A DNA stretch of 40,283 bases from a virus (Duplodnaviria > Heunggongvirae > Uroviricota > Caudoviricetes): the IMG/VR virus record IMGVR_UViG_2565956723_000004. One strand, given 5' to 3'. Every line of letters begins with the position of its first letter. The first letter of the stretch is position 1. The position numbers and the translations under genes are program-made. Below, one piece after another: positions 27,558-37,992 of the stretch. The notes under the pieces are model-generated. The model was given only the letters and a program-made list of their open reading frames with translations. It was not told the DNA's origin and searched no databases.

Positions 27558-28412
27558 TCAGCAGTTCGTCATCAGGGCGTCACCGCCACCGCCGGTGGCC
27601 TTGCTGCGGCGCTGCTGGGTCAGACTTTCGGTGTGGTCGAGACTGTTTTTCAGGCGGGTGAATGCCTGGCTGGTTTCATCCGCCCTGTCAGTCACCTCCT
27701 GCTTAAGTGCGGAAAAGGCGGTTTCCATCTCAGCGAGGCGCTGCTCAGTGGCACTCAGCTTTTCCTGCACATGTTCAGCAACAGCGGTCACCGCTTCATG
27801 CACGTCATTCAGACGGGCGTCATCGCTGGCCTGTTTGCGGCCAAAAATGGATTTCACCTTTTCGGTCAGGGCGGTGAACACGGTTTCAGGCAGGTCTTCA
27901 AATTCCAGCTCAACAGGCGTTGCCACTGAAATCAGGTTTTCAGGGCTTAATTTGAAGCGGTTCAGGGGGTTGTGTTTTGCCGTGCGGCAGAATTCCAGGT
28001 ATTCCGTGCCGAGGCTTGCCGGGTCATCGGTGACGGCCAGCCCCACCAGATAACATTTGCCGGTGTTGGCAAAGTTCGGCTGAATTTCCATTGAGGTGTA
28101 GACCTTCTGCGCGGCCTTGTTCATCGCGATAAGGTCATCGGTCGGGGTGATTTTCGCAAACAGCGCCCATTTGCCTTTCAGCGCCGAATCGTCATCAATC
28201 TTTTCGGCCTTCAGTTCGGCCACATCGCCATAACGTTTAAAAATACCGTCAGGCAGGATGCCGCGCAGATGTTCCAGGTTAATGCGGCAACCATAGACAC
28301 GCGGGTCAAAGGTTTCCGCCATTTCCTGAATATCCTGCGCACTGATGACACGCCCGTCACAGGTGTCACCCTCAACGCCGATACGAAAGAATTTTGAGAC
28401 TTTTTTTGCCAT
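27558..28412 (-). CDS. O: Capsid scaffold protein O, 284 aa
   Basis: MAKKVSKFFRIGVEGDTCDG...; start at the internal Met to match P2 O. Confidence 0.85.
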   Translation of the reverse strand: MAKKVSKFFRIGVEGDTCDGRVISAQDIQEMAETFDPRVYGCRINLEHLRGILPDGIFKRYGDVAELKAEKIDDDSALKGKWALFAKITPTDDLIAMNKAAQKVYTSMEIQPNFANTGKCYLVGLAVTDDPASLGTEYLEFCRTAKHNPLNRFKLSPENLISVATPVELEFEDLPETVFTALTEKVKSIFGRKQASDDARLNDVHEAVTAVAEHVQEKLSATEQRLAEMETAFSALKQEVTDRADETSQAFTRLKNSLDHTESLTQQRRSKATGGGGDALMTNC

Positions 28413-28585
28413 TGTCAGGAGTCCTGAATAGTGATTAGAGGAGTCACATGTCGGCATCAGTTTCCCGACGATGCGCATCCTCCGCCATCAGTCCCGGATG
28501 GCTTATCACTGACACAACAGCACCTTAGCGAATCGCGGGGCGCGACTCAGTAGCCTTGCCGTGTATTCATCACGGCGAGGTATTC

Positions 28586-30358
28586 ATGACCATCACCACA
28601 GACACCACTCTTTTACACGACCCGCGTCGTCAGGCGGCGCTGCTGTACTGGCAGGGATTTTCCGTGCCGCAGATTGCCGCCATGTTGCAGATGAAACGCC
28701 CGACGGTGCAGAGCTGGAAACAGCGCGACGGCTGGGACAGCGTTGCTCCCATCAGCCGTGTCGAAATGAGTCTGGAAGCGCGGCTGACCCAGCTCATCAT
28801 CAAACCGCAGAAAACCGGTGGTGACTTCAAGGAAATTGACCTGCTGGGACGCCAGATTGAACGACTGGCACGGGTAAACCGCTACAGTCAGACCGGCAAC
28901 GAGGCAGACCTTAATCCGAACGTCGCTAACCGCAACAAAGGCGGGCGTCGCAAACCGAAAAAGAATTTTTTCAGTGACGAGGCCATCGAAAAGCTGGAGC
29001 AGATTTTCTTTGAGCAGTCTTTCGAATATCAGTTGCACTGGTATCGCGCCGGGCTTGAGCACCGCATCCGCGATATCCTGAAATCCCGCCAGATTGGCGC
29101 GACGTTTTATTTTTCCCGCGAGGCGCTGCTGCGCGCCCTGAAAACCGGTCATAACCAGATTTTTCTGTCGGCCAGTAAAACGCAGGCGTATGTGTTCCGC
29201 GAATACATCATCGCCTTTGCCCGGCTGGTTGACGTTGACCTGACCGGTGACCCGATTGTCCTGGGCAATAACGGCGCAAAACTGATTTTTCTCGGCACCA
29301 ACTCCAACACCGCACAGAGCCATAACGGCGACCTGTACGTCGACGAGATTTTCTGGATCCCGAATTTTCAGGTACTGCGTAAGGTGGCATCAGGTATGGC
29401 CTCACAGAGTCACCTGCGCTCGACCTATTTCTCCACCCCGTCCACGCTGGCGCACGACGCCTACCCGTTCTGGTCGGGTGAACTGTTCAACCGGGGACGC
29501 GCCAGCGCCGCCGAACGCGTGGAAATCGACGTCAGTCATAACGCCCTTGCCGGAGGTCTTCTCTGTGCGGACGGCCAGTGGCGGCAGATTGTCACCATTG
29601 AGGACGCCCTGAAAGGCGGCTGCACGCTGTTCGACATTGAGCAGCTCAAACGTGAAAACAGCGCCGACGATTTTAAAAACCTGTTCATGTGTGAATTTGT
29701 TGACGACAAGGCGTCGGTGTTCCCGTTCGAGGAGCTGCAACGCTGCATGGTCGACACGCTGGAAGAATGGGAAGACTATGCGCCGTTTGCCGCGAATCCG
29801 TTCGGCTCCCGCCCGGTATGGATTGGTTACGACCCGTCACACCGTGGCGACAGCGCCGGATGCGTGGTACTGGCACCGCCGGTGGTGGCCGGTGGCAAAT
29901 TCAGAATACTTGAGCGTCACCAGTGGAAAGGCATGGACTTTGCCACTCAGGCGGAATCCATCCGCAAACTCACCGAAAAATACAACGTCGAATACATCGG
30001 TATTGATGCCACCGGCCTCGGTGTCGGCGTGTTCCAGCTCGTGCGCTCGTTCTATCCCGCCGCGCGCGACATCCGCTACACGCCGGAAATGAAAACCGCA
30101 ATGGTGCTCAAGGCCAAAGACGTTATCCGCCGTGGCTGTCTGGAATATGACGTCAGCGCCACCGACATCACCAGCTCGTTTATGGCTATCCGCAAGACCA
30201 TGACCAGCAGCGGACGCAGCGCCACCTATGAGGCCAGCCGCAGCGAGGAAGCCAGCCACGCCGACCTCGCCTGGGCGACCATGCACGCCCTGTTAAATGA
30301 GCCACTCACCGCAGGTATCAGCACCCCGCTGACATCCACCATTCTGGAGTTTTACTGA
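28586..30358 (+). CDS. P: Terminase large (ATPase) subunit P, 590 aa
   Basis: MTITTDTTLLHDPRRQAALLYWQGF...; divergent from O as in P2. Confidence 0.9.
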   Translation: MTITTDTTLLHDPRRQAALLYWQGFSVPQIAAMLQMKRPTVQSWKQRDGWDSVAPISRVEMSLEARLTQLIIKPQKTGGDFKEIDLLGRQIERLARVNRYSQTGNEADLNPNVANRNKGGRRKPKKNFFSDEAIEKLEQIFFEQSFEYQLHWYRAGLEHRIRDILKSRQIGATFYFSREALLRALKTGHNQIFLSASKTQAYVFREYIIAFARLVDVDLTGDPIVLGNNGAKLIFLGTNSNTAQSHNGDLYVDEIFWIPNFQVLRKVASGMASQSHLRSTYFSTPSTLAHDAYPFWSGELFNRGRASAAERVEIDVSHNALAGGLLCADGQWRQIVTIEDALKGGCTLFDIEQLKRENSADDFKNLFMCEFVDDKASVFPFEELQRCMVDTLEEWEDYAPFAANPFGSRPVWIGYDPSHRGDSAGCVVLAPPVVAGGKFRILERHQWKGMDFATQAESIRKLTEKYNVEYIGIDATGLGVGVFQLVRSFYPAARDIRYTPEMKTAMVLKAKDVIRRGCLEYDVSATDITSSFMAIRKTMTSSGRSATYEASRSEEASHADLAWATMHALLNEPLTAGISTPLTSTILEFY

Positions 30359-31392
30359 TGAGCAAGAAAAAAGGGAAAACACCGCAACCTGCGGCAAAAA
30401 CAATGACTGCCAGCGCCCCGAAAATGGAGGCATTCACCTTTGGTGAGCCGGTACCGGTACTCGACCGCCGTGACATTCTGGATTATGTCGAATGCATCAG
30501 TAACGGCAGATGGTATGAGCCGCCGGTCAGCTTTACCGGTCTGGCAAAAAGCCTGCGTGCTGCCGTGCATCACAGCTCACCGATTTACGTCAAACGTAAT
30601 ATTCTGGCTTCAACGTTTATCCCGCACCCGTGGCTTTCCCAGCAGGATTTCAGCCGCTTTGTGCTGGATTTTCTGGTGTTCGGTAATGCGTTTCTGGAAA
30701 AGCGTTACAGCACCACCGGTAAGGTCATCAGACTGGAAACCTCACCGGCAAAATATACCCGCCGTGGTGTGGAAGAGGATGTTTACTGGTGGGTGCCGTC
30801 CTTCAACGAGCCGACAGCCTTCGCACCCGGCTCCGTGTTTCACCTGCTGGAGCCGGATATTAATCAGGAGTTGTACGGCCTGCCAGAATATCTCAGCGCC
30901 CTTAACTCTGCCTGGCTGAATGAGTCGGCCACGCTGTTCCGCCGCAAGTATTACGAAAATGGCGCACATGCCGGATACATCATGTACGTCACCGATGCCG
31001 TGCAGGATCGCAACGATATCGAAATGCTTCGCGAAAACATGGTTAAGTCGAAAGGCCGCAATAACTTTAAAAATCTGTTTCTCTATGCCCCGCAGGGGAA
31101 AGCCGACGGCATTAAAATTATCCCGCTCAGTGAAGTGGCGACGAAGGACGATTTTTTTAATATCAAAAAAGCCAGCGCCGCTGACCTGCTGGACGCACAC
31201 CGCATCCCCTTTCAGTTGATGGGCGGCAAGCCGGAGAACGTCGGGTCGCTGGGTGATATTGAGAAAGTGGCAAAGGTCTTTGTCCGCAATGAGCTTATCC
31301 CGCTACAGGACAGGATCCGCGAGATAAACGGCTGGCTCGGTCAGGAGGTCATCCGCTTTAAAAACTACTCACTGGACACTGACAACGACTGA
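30358..31392 (+). CDS. Q: Portal protein Q, 344 aa
   Basis: Length and position as in P2 Q, downstream of P. Confidence 0.9.
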   Translation: MSKKKGKTPQPAAKTMTASAPKMEAFTFGEPVPVLDRRDILDYVECISNGRWYEPPVSFTGLAKSLRAAVHHSSPIYVKRNILASTFIPHPWLSQQDFSRFVLDFLVFGNAFLEKRYSTTGKVIRLETSPAKYTRRGVEEDVYWWVPSFNEPTAFAPGSVFHLLEPDINQELYGLPEYLSALNSAWLNESATLFRRKYYENGAHAGYIMYVTDAVQDRNDIEMLRENMVKSKGRNNFKNLFLYAPQGKADGIKIIPLSEVATKDDFFNIKKASAADLLDAHRIPFQLMGGKPENVGSLGDIEKVAKVFVRNELIPLQDRIREINGWLGQEVIRFKNYSLDTDND

Positions 31393-31397
31393 ACATC

Positions 31398-31419
31398 GCC
31401 GCCTGCGGGCGGCTTTTTT
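31398..31419 (+). terminator. Rho-independent terminator after Q
   Basis: Stem GCCGCC/GGCGGC with loop TGCG followed by TTTTTT, 6 nt after the Q stop. Confidence 0.7.
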
Positions 31420-31561
31420 ACATCCCGTCATCACGCCCTCACACGCTCACCACCGCACAAAACACCCCTTAGACACACCAACGCCCCGACGCACAATCTA
31501 AACGCCATCACGACGCGCTCAGACGCTGAAAAAATAAAATCAGCACCACCGCCAGCGCGCA

Positions 31562-31580
31562 GTGCTTTCCCCGCCTCGCC
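31562..31580. other. cos cohesive-end site
   Basis: GTGCTTTCCCCGCCTCGCC is the reverse complement of GGCGAGGCGGGGAAAGCAC, which I recall as the P2 19-nt cohesive end; it lies between Q and the right-end cargo, as in P2. Confidence 0.6.
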
Positions 31581-31731
31581 CGCCCGCTTCATGGGTCGGT
31601 TTGAATGCAGTTGAATTACAACTACCAAACCAAGCAATCCCTACTATTACGCAGAAAATGCATACTGAAATACCTCGTGCAAATTGATGCAGCTAAGTAT
31701 GCATAGGTTTTATGCCTCAACGTATACGTTA

Positions 31732-33564
31732 TCAAACAGAGCCCTGTTCAAATACAGTATCAAAATATGGTAGGAGAGGATAAGCACACAGAAAGAAAAT
31801 CAGGATGCATGCATATGTCGTTGTTTCATCGTAACAAGCATTAGTATATAAATTACCATGTGCTAATTTATGTCTTAAGGTTGCCCCACTCTTTCTATTA
31901 AAAAGAACATCGATAGTTAAAACAAGATTCTTAGAAAAGATACTTTCCAAATCATCTCTGCATTTATCTAGAAGCTGAGAAATACTTGTTGACTCCTCTA
32001 ATCCCTTATCCAAATATCTAGTAGCATCCTTTCCACTAAGCTCATAATAATAACGAACCATACCTTCCATTTGTGGTATTAAAAGATAAGCTGCACTGAT
32101 GTAATCTCCCTGCCATAATTTGTAAAAGCCCAAATTAAAAATCTCCCTAAACTCCGGCTTGACAATTGGACTAGTTGTAACTAATTTAACGAATGTTGAC
32201 AACGTCAAGCCATGTTCTTGAGAAAGTACATAGCGAGCAGGTTCAAAGACACCGTTTACAAAAATCTTATGAGTAATCTCGAAATTTCTTAGATATTGAT
32301 CAATAACAACATCATCACTCATATCTTTTTTATTATTCAACGGCGGGATTGTATATACCTTACGCCCACTCTCATCATTAATTTCTGTTCCAACAAAACT
32401 AGAGAATAAACTTTTTTCTGATAATCTTAAAACTTGCTCCCTCATGCTTTCAATATTTTCAATCGGTGTTTCACGCATTAAAACTTTGAATATATCGGGC
32501 AAAGAACGCCCCGTCAGTTTTTTTTCACTTTCAGCAACCAAGTCACTAATATCAATAGAATGGCTTAAAGTGACATATTCACTCCTTACTTCTTCTCTCA
32601 AATTAGCAAGTTGTTCCTTTAAATCTTCTATCTGTTGGCTATCACCACCATACTGTCTTAATTCAGAGATAGCTGTTCTTAACCAAGAGATCTTACCCAT
32701 ATTATCAGGTCGATCTGTTGCAACTTTAATAGTAATATTTGCAGATGCCAGTTTACATCTCTTGGCACGTTCATACTCACCATTTTTTTCATAAATAACT
32801 GCACTTGTCATATAAAGTGATTTTACAGCATCATAATATTTTTTATCTTTATGCTGCTCAGCCATCTTCTCAGCATTTTCCGCATACTGCAGATTATACC
32901 CATCAAAATCACGCACCATAAACCAAGTCAAATTATTGAAACCTTCAAAGATTAATCTTTCATTTTGAATACTATAAAGAGAATGAATGGCATTTTTAAT
33001 CGCCATGTTTCCTTCTGATTTTCTAGGGTAGACCATTTTATTAATGTGCAAAGCCCTAGCAATATAATCACGAGCAAAAATAAAGCAATTTAAATCACTT
33101 TCATCCATGCTTTCGTTTTTTATTATTAGTTTTTCAATTGCTATATTTAGCATTTCAGCATAGGAATCAATTGCTTTAATTGCCACGTCTTTGTTTTTCC
33201 GGTTATTACACCAAACAACATCATATATTCTTGATAACAAAAATGGATTGGTTATTTTTTGAGAAACATATAAAAGACAGTCATTCACCTGCTCATCAAA
33301 ATCTTCAGGCAATATTGATCTTTTATTACCCCAAATCATTTGGGGTTCAAATGATGGAGTGTTGTTAACAACTTGCAAATTGAAACTATATAGCATACCA
33401 AAAAGAGATGCTAATTTTTTCTCTTTGGGGTTTCCTGATGATTCAGCAATCCCATCCAGATATTTTTTTATTTTATGTGCATGAAATGTAACTGGTATAT
33501 GCATAAAAACACTATAATCTAGTGTTTCAAGCTCTTCCCTTGTAAGAACAAAGATATCATTCAT
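31732..33564 (-). CDS. Hypothetical protein, 611 aa, AT-rich cargo gene at the tin/old position; candidate anti-phage effector
   Basis: Long ORF; start chosen at MNDIFVLTR with AAGGTG Shine-Dalgarno 7 nt upstream (the ORF track extends 34 codons further to 33666). C-terminal ...SGATLRHKLAHGNLY... fits R-x4-H. No Walker A, HExxH or YxDD motif seen. Confidence 0.75.
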   Translation of the reverse strand: MNDIFVLTREELETLDYSVFMHIPVTFHAHKIKKYLDGIAESSGNPKEKKLASLFGMLYSFNLQVVNNTPSFEPQMIWGNKRSILPEDFDEQVNDCLLYVSQKITNPFLLSRIYDVVWCNNRKNKDVAIKAIDSYAEMLNIAIEKLIIKNESMDESDLNCFIFARDYIARALHINKMVYPRKSEGNMAIKNAIHSLYSIQNERLIFEGFNNLTWFMVRDFDGYNLQYAENAEKMAEQHKDKKYYDAVKSLYMTSAVIYEKNGEYERAKRCKLASANITIKVATDRPDNMGKISWLRTAISELRQYGGDSQQIEDLKEQLANLREEVRSEYVTLSHSIDISDLVAESEKKLTGRSLPDIFKVLMRETPIENIESMREQVLRLSEKSLFSSFVGTEINDESGRKVYTIPPLNNKKDMSDDVVIDQYLRNFEITHKIFVNGVFEPARYVLSQEHGLTLSTFVKLVTTSPIVKPEFREIFNLGFYKLWQGDYISAAYLLIPQMEGMVRYYYELSGKDATRYLDKGLEESTSISQLLDKCRDDLESIFSKNLVLTIDVLFNRKSGATLRHKLAHGNLYTNACYDETTTYACILIFFLCAYPLLPYFDTVFEQGSV

Positions 33565-33680
33565 CGTTTTCACCTTTTTCAGTATAAATTTGCACACATT
33601 ATTAGCAACATAATTATCAATAGTTAACACATGTAGATAAACAGCAATTTTACTATTATGCAACAAATTAAATCAGATGT

Positions 33681-35966
33681 TTATTGCTCTGAATAACAAT
33701 AAAACCAACTCCACTCATCAGCGACCGGATACGTAAATTTTTTCCCGTTGTAATCTACGGTCGCACCACGCGCCAGCGCCTCAAGCTCCCATCGCTGCGG
33801 CCTGATACCGTTCTGAGCAAGGTCAACGCGGATACGGGTAATTTGCATTCTTTCCGACCGGGTCAGTCTGGCCGATGGCGCTATTTCATGCGGTTTTAAC
33901 GGGCTTCCGTTTCTTTGCTGACGGTTTGGTGTTATCAGGTCGTGTTTTAATGCGCCCCTGAGCGCCCTCACGACCTCCGGGTCATTCCATTCGATAACAC
34001 CGTCATCAACCAGATTAAGCACTGCTGCGGCGTGTTCAGAAGGTGTGGGAGCCGGTAACGAAGTATCACCACTGGTGAGCTTTCCACAGTTATTGACAGG
34101 ACTCCGAGGCGCGGCGATGCCGCTTTTTAAAGTCAAAGGCTCCACGACCGGAACTTTCGGAACAATGCGCCAGTCCGTCGTTCTGGTGATATGAATATGA
34201 CGCGCGCCGAGATGCGGCGCGTAAATGCCGACCACTCTCTCGACTTCTTCCTCGTACTCGTTAACTTCATCCGACGGGCTACGGGCGACTCTGACAGTCT
34301 GGCAATCGCGCGGAACATTTGCCCCACCCTGCGCACTGATATACAACGCAAAATCGCCACTGTCTGCGGCAGCGCGTGCAGCCTCGACGCGTTCGTCAAA
34401 CTCATCAGCAATGCTGACGCCGCGAGGCAATTTGCGTAGTTCACGGTAAGCCCCCATTGTCGGCAGACCAACCGTTTTAAATTGCGGGATGCGCCACGTT
34501 GACGCCCATGCAGTAACAGCCGCGGCAGTATCTTTCAGAGGTCTGCCGGTATCGTTATCGAGCTGACCATCCAGTGCATAGCCGTCGATATTTTTTGAAA
34601 TGTATTTCGCGATATATCCCGCAGCACCGCCCCGGTTAAGGTGCTTTGCCTGAAAACGGTTTCGCGCGGCTCCTCTTTCGTCACCATCCTCTTTGAGCGC
34701 ATAGCGACGCATGATTTCGATAATCTGATTACGCTGGCGTGGATTACAAAAAAGCATCATATGCCAGTGCGGCGTTCCGTCGTGGTGTGGCTCGACGACA
34801 CGCAAACCGTAGACCTGTAAATCATTATCCTTGAATGCCGTGCGCATCAGGCTCCAGATGCGGCAGAGATAACGCTGCGCATCCTTTGGATTAAATGCCT
34901 CATCGTTCCAGCCGTGATTTAGCTGGACGGTTTTACTTTCGCCTTTTCCGACCTGACGTGTCGGGTGATACTTTGACGGCGCGGTCAGCGTGATAAACAT
35001 CCCCACATCACCCTCTGCGGCGGCGTAACGCTCAATACCGGCAATGGTGTTCATCAGCTCCATCCGGCGAATTTCAGGATTAGAAATACTTCCCATCACC
35101 TTACTGATAAGGTCGATGCGCTCGCCGGTTTCCCTGTTTTCAAGGTCACACGATTTAAGAAATTCCAGATTTGCCTGGCGGCGCGCACGCACATCACGAA
35201 TGGCATGTTTACTGGCATAAGGAGAACGGTCTTTATTGACCTCCCCGACAGCAATCAGTAACGCTTCATGCCAGCGCATACGCTGACCTTTAAGCTGATG
35301 AGTCCACCACTCATCGTTAAACAGGCGGGCAATGGCAGAATATGCCTGCCTCGTGGTCATCTGTCCTTTACGGTATTTTTTCCAGTAAAGCGGGGAAATA
35401 TTGAAAGCACGTGCAGCGCCAGCAACATGACCATACAGGTGAGCCTGAGCCTCATCCGTAAACAGTGATTCTTTTTCGCCATGCGCATCCCCCCAGGCAT
35501 CGCTGATTTCCTCATACATCATGAAAAGCTGCGATGAGATACGGGCGGCAAACTTTTTCAGCTCCTTATCATTCATCCCCGGCAGACGCGCATAATGGTC
35601 ACGCTCTGCCAGAAACAGCAACGACGCGTCGGTGTTCATTTCATGGCGCTGATTCACACGCTCAATGCGCGGCCATAAACGACGCTGAAAAGTGGATGTG
35701 AGGAAATAAAACCCGTGCACCGGGCTTTTATTGCGCCGGATGTAGTCATAGCGTGAAGTAAACAGCGAGCGCAAAAAGTAAGGCAGGCGATTAATCGTGG
35801 ATAAAACACCTTGCACCTGACGCATCTCGTCACGTGTAAGGGGTCTTTCGCGCCCGACGGCCTCGCGTGGCGCATTCCATGCATAAGCACCGGTAAACGT
35901 CTCACCGGTGCCTGCGGCAAATGCTGACGGAGGGACAAAACGCCCGGAGGCTTTAACGGCCATATG
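33681..35966 (-). CDS. A: Replication initiation protein A (rolling-circle nickase), 761 aa
   Basis: MAVKASGRFVPPSAFAAGTGETF...; start at the internal Met to match P2 A. Confidence 0.9.
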   Translation of the reverse strand, partial: HMAVKASGRFVPPSAFAAGTGETFTGAYAWNAPREAVGRERPLTRDEMRQVQGVLSTINRLPYFLRSLFTSRYDYIRRNKSPVHGFYFLTSTFQRRLWPRIERVNQRHEMNTDASLLFLAERDHYARLPGMNDKELKKFAARISSQLFMMYEEISDAWGDAHGEKESLFTDEAQAHLYGHVAGAARAFNISPLYWKKYRKGQMTTRQAYSAIARLFNDEWWTHQLKGQRMRWHEALLIAVGEVNKDRSPYASKHAIRDVRARRQANLEFLKSCDLENRETGERIDLISKVMGSISNPEIRRMELMNTIAGIERYAAAEGDVGMFITLTAPSKYHPTRQVGKGESKTVQLNHGWNDEAFNPKDAQRYLCRIWSLMRTAFKDNDLQVYGLRVVEPHHDGTPHWHMMLFCNPRQRNQIIEIMRRYALKEDGDERGAARNRFQAKHLNRGGAAGYIAKYISKNIDGYALDGQLDNDTGRPLKDTAAAVTAWASTWRIPQFKTVGLPTMGAYRELRKLPRGVSIADEFDERVEAARAAADSGDFALYISAQGGANVPRDCQTVRVARSPSDEVNEYEEEVERVVGIYAPHLGARHIHITRTTDWRIVPKVPVVEPLTLKSGIAAPRSPVNNCGKLTSGDTSLPAPTPSEHAAAVLNLVDDGVIEWNDPEVVRALRGALKHDLITPNRQQRNGSPLKPHEIAPSARLTRSERMQITRIRVDLAQNGIRPQRWELEALARGATVDYNGKKFTYPVADEWSWFYCYSEQ

Positions 35967-36228
35967 AGCCAAAAGCCTCTGAACAACGCCTGCTGAGTTG
36001 CTCAACCTGCGCGTTTAAATCAGCGAAAGACTTTGCGCTTCCGGTCAGAATATCGTGATGCATCAGGCCGGAAACGAGCTGGCTTAATTTCGGGTAATAA
36101 CCAACCACTGCCAGCCATTCCTGACCGGCGTTTTTACCGCTTTCCGCTCTCTTTTTCTCGTGGAGAATAAACTGAAAGCTGTCACTGGTAACGACATAAC
36201 GTTCGCCAATTTCAATACGAATACTCAT
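35953..36228 (-). CDS. P2 orf83-like hypothetical protein, 91 aa
   Basis: Small ORF immediately upstream of A in the early operon. Confidence 0.7.
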   Translation of the reverse strand: MSIRIEIGERYVVTSDSFQFILHEKKRAESGKNAGQEWLAVVGYYPKLSQLVSGLMHHDILTGSAKSFADLNAQVEQLSRRCSEAFGSYGR

Positions 36229-36449
36229 GCCGTTCTCCGGTAATGTTTGTTTTTTGCTTCAAAGACTGACTGACAGGAAACACAACGCGTGGCTGACGGA
36301 TAAGCCGCACGACGGGCAGCAGGTATTGGCGCGTCACACTCTTCGCAAACCAGCGCAGAAGCACCGCAATGTTTTACCCTTGCCGCGTTAATCTGGCGCT
36401 CCAGTAATTCAGCCTGTTGTTCCTGAATAAAATCTACGTTGTCCGGCAT
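36225..36449 (-). CDS. TraR/DksA-family C4 zinc-finger protein (P2 orf82-like), 74 aa
   Basis: Paired cysteines CEECDAPIP...RCVSCQ. Confidence 0.75.
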   Translation of the reverse strand: MPDNVDFIQEQQAELLERQINAARVKHCGASALVCEECDAPIPAARRAAYPSATRCVSCQSVFEAKNKHYRRTA

Positions 36450-36451
36450 TA

Positions 36452-36754
36452 TCAGCTCCTTTTATCGTTAAGTTTCCTGGATACATCAGCGCAATAACTG
36501 GCAAGTTCTGTCGTTAATTTTGTCAGTTCATCCACGGAGGAAATTTGCTTGTGGAATACAGCGCGTTTAACAAGTAAATTGACCACATCAGACAGGAGGT
36601 TTAATTCATTCTGATAAATCGCGATAACAGATTCAGTTATGTCGCGTTTTTCTTTATCAAGACAAAGTTGAATAAGAGACAAATCACCATTTTCCATAAC
36701 GGCGATTTTTAAGGCGTTATTCAGTAATACAACTGAATGAGAACAGGACATCAA
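36452..36754 (-). CDS. P2 orf81-like hypothetical protein, 100 aa
   Basis: Position in the early operon between B and A. Confidence 0.65.
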   Translation of the reverse strand: MMSCSHSVVLLNNALKIAVMENGDLSLIQLCLDKEKRDITESVIAIYQNELNLLSDVVNLLVKRAVFHKQISSVDELTKLTTELASYCADVSRKLNDKRS

Positions 36755-37008
36755 AGTACCTCCCCGCGAGACAATCCGATATTGTGAAATTTTTCCGACT
36801 CCTGACTGAGCAGCTCGACTATCTCCACGCGGGATAACTCCGCCTTTGTGATGTGGCGAATCATGGCGTCAAGATGAGAAGAAAAGCGCGTCGCCGCGTC
36901 GGCCTGTGCTTCGGTTCTGGTCTGTTGCAGCAGTAATGCGTATTTACCGCACTGATTTTCAGAAACTGTATGCATGACTTTCTCCAGGCAAAAAGAAGCC
37001 CCGCACAA
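36751..37008 (-). CDS. P2 orf80-like hypothetical protein, 85 aa
   Basis: Position in the early operon. Confidence 0.65.
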   Translation of the reverse strand: MCGASFCLEKVMHTVSENQCGKYALLLQQTRTEAQADAATRFSSHLDAMIRHITKAELSRVEIVELLSQESEKFHNIGLSRGEVL

Positions 37009-37038
37009 TTAAGTGCGTTAGAAACTCTGGTTACTTAC

Positions 37039-37539
37039 TTAATGCAGATATTGCTCTGGTTTTACCGATGTCAGAATTGTCGGTGCATACTCAAACAGGC
37101 TGAACAATTCACGTAATGCACGGAATAAAGCATCACGCCAGTAACATGATTCTTCATTAATGCGCCAGTACGGCTGATTGAATTCTTTTTCTGTCAATCC
37201 CGCATGCATAAATAAAGTACGACGCTGACTGACTGTTAAAAAACTAATATATGCATACTCACTTGCACCGACCTGACGGCGTTTTGAGAATGCCCCACGC
37301 AGTTCATCAATTGCACAAACCAGCCGTTCACGTTCGACGTCGTTCATTTCTTCAAAACGCATCGTTGCGTGACGTTGTTTTAACTGCGCATGAAAGCAAA
37401 CCGTTAGCCGTTCGCGCTCCATCATCTGATTATAATAATCACATGTCTCCTGCCAGCGAGGGACGGCAAGATGCTTGCCAATTATCCGGCGCATAGCTGC
37501 TGGCTGTTTTTCGACGAGATTGAGCGTCATCACTGTCAT
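37039..37539 (-). CDS. B: Replication protein B (helicase loader), 166 aa
   Basis: Length and position as in P2 B. Confidence 0.85.
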   Translation of the reverse strand: MTVMTLNLVEKQPAAMRRIIGKHLAVPRWQETCDYYNQMMERERLTVCFHAQLKQRHATMRFEEMNDVERERLVCAIDELRGAFSKRRQVGASEYAYISFLTVSQRRTLFMHAGLTEKEFNQPYWRINEESCYWRDALFRALRELFSLFEYAPTILTSVKPEQYLH

Positions 37540-37706
37540 TTCCAGACCCTCCGGCTTTTCAGAAAGGTCAGAGCCTTCTTTAACGGACTCTGTTTTTTGG
37601 TGCGGATAATGATTCCCTTACGCCCCTTACCGTGGGTGATGGTGAAGTCAATCGCCCTGGGGCTTTCGTTACGCAATAACTGAGCAATACAACGAGGCTC
37701 GTTCAT
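37536..37706 (-). CDS. P2 orf78-like small protein
   Basis: Small ORF between cox and B; start uncertain (the ORF track extends to 37730). Confidence 0.55.
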   Translation of the reverse strand: MNEPRCIAQLLRNESPRAIDFTITHGKGRKGIIIRTKKQSPLKKALTFLKSRRVWK

Positions 37707-37716
37707 ACGGTTCTCC

Positions 37717-37992
37717 TTAACGTGGTTCACCGAGACCTAACCACATCAACCAGCCGTCACGAATCTCTTTAGGGCGGCTTTCATAAGCCAGTTTTAGTCC
37801 GTTATTCCATGCCGGAAGGTATACCCAATATTCACCTGCACGACCTGAAGCTGATTGTGGATCGGTCATATCAATTACAGGCAGCTTTCCTTTATCGATC
37901 ATCCGACGAACCGCTCCTGTCGATTTTCCTATTAGTTTTGCGAACTCCTGATAAGGAATCGCATCAGTCATGAGTGTTACTTGCTTGCTCAT
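37717..37992 (-). CDS. cox: Cox (excisionase and Pc repressor), 91 aa
   Basis: MSKQVTLMTDAIPYQEFAKLIGKSTGAVRRMIDKGKLPV... HTH protein divergent from C, P2 Cox length. Confidence 0.88.
   Translation of the reverse strand: MSKQVTLMTDAIPYQEFAKLIGKSTGAVRRMIDKGKLPVIDMTDPQSASGRAGEYWVYLPAWNNGLKLAYESRPKEIRDGWLMWLGLGEPR

Noticed and set aside
28613-30286. Minus-strand ORFs (28613-29323, 29402-29740, 29837-30286) inside terminase gene P
   Set aside because: All lie antisense to the full-length P gene, which matches the expected 590-aa terminase.
31732-33666. Longer 644-codon version of the tin/old-site cargo ORF starting at MLHNSKIAV
   Set aside because: The upstream Met has no Shine-Dalgarno, while the internal MNDIFVLTR start has AAGGTG at ideal spacing. 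The shorter 611-codon model is preferred, though the longer one cannot be excluded.
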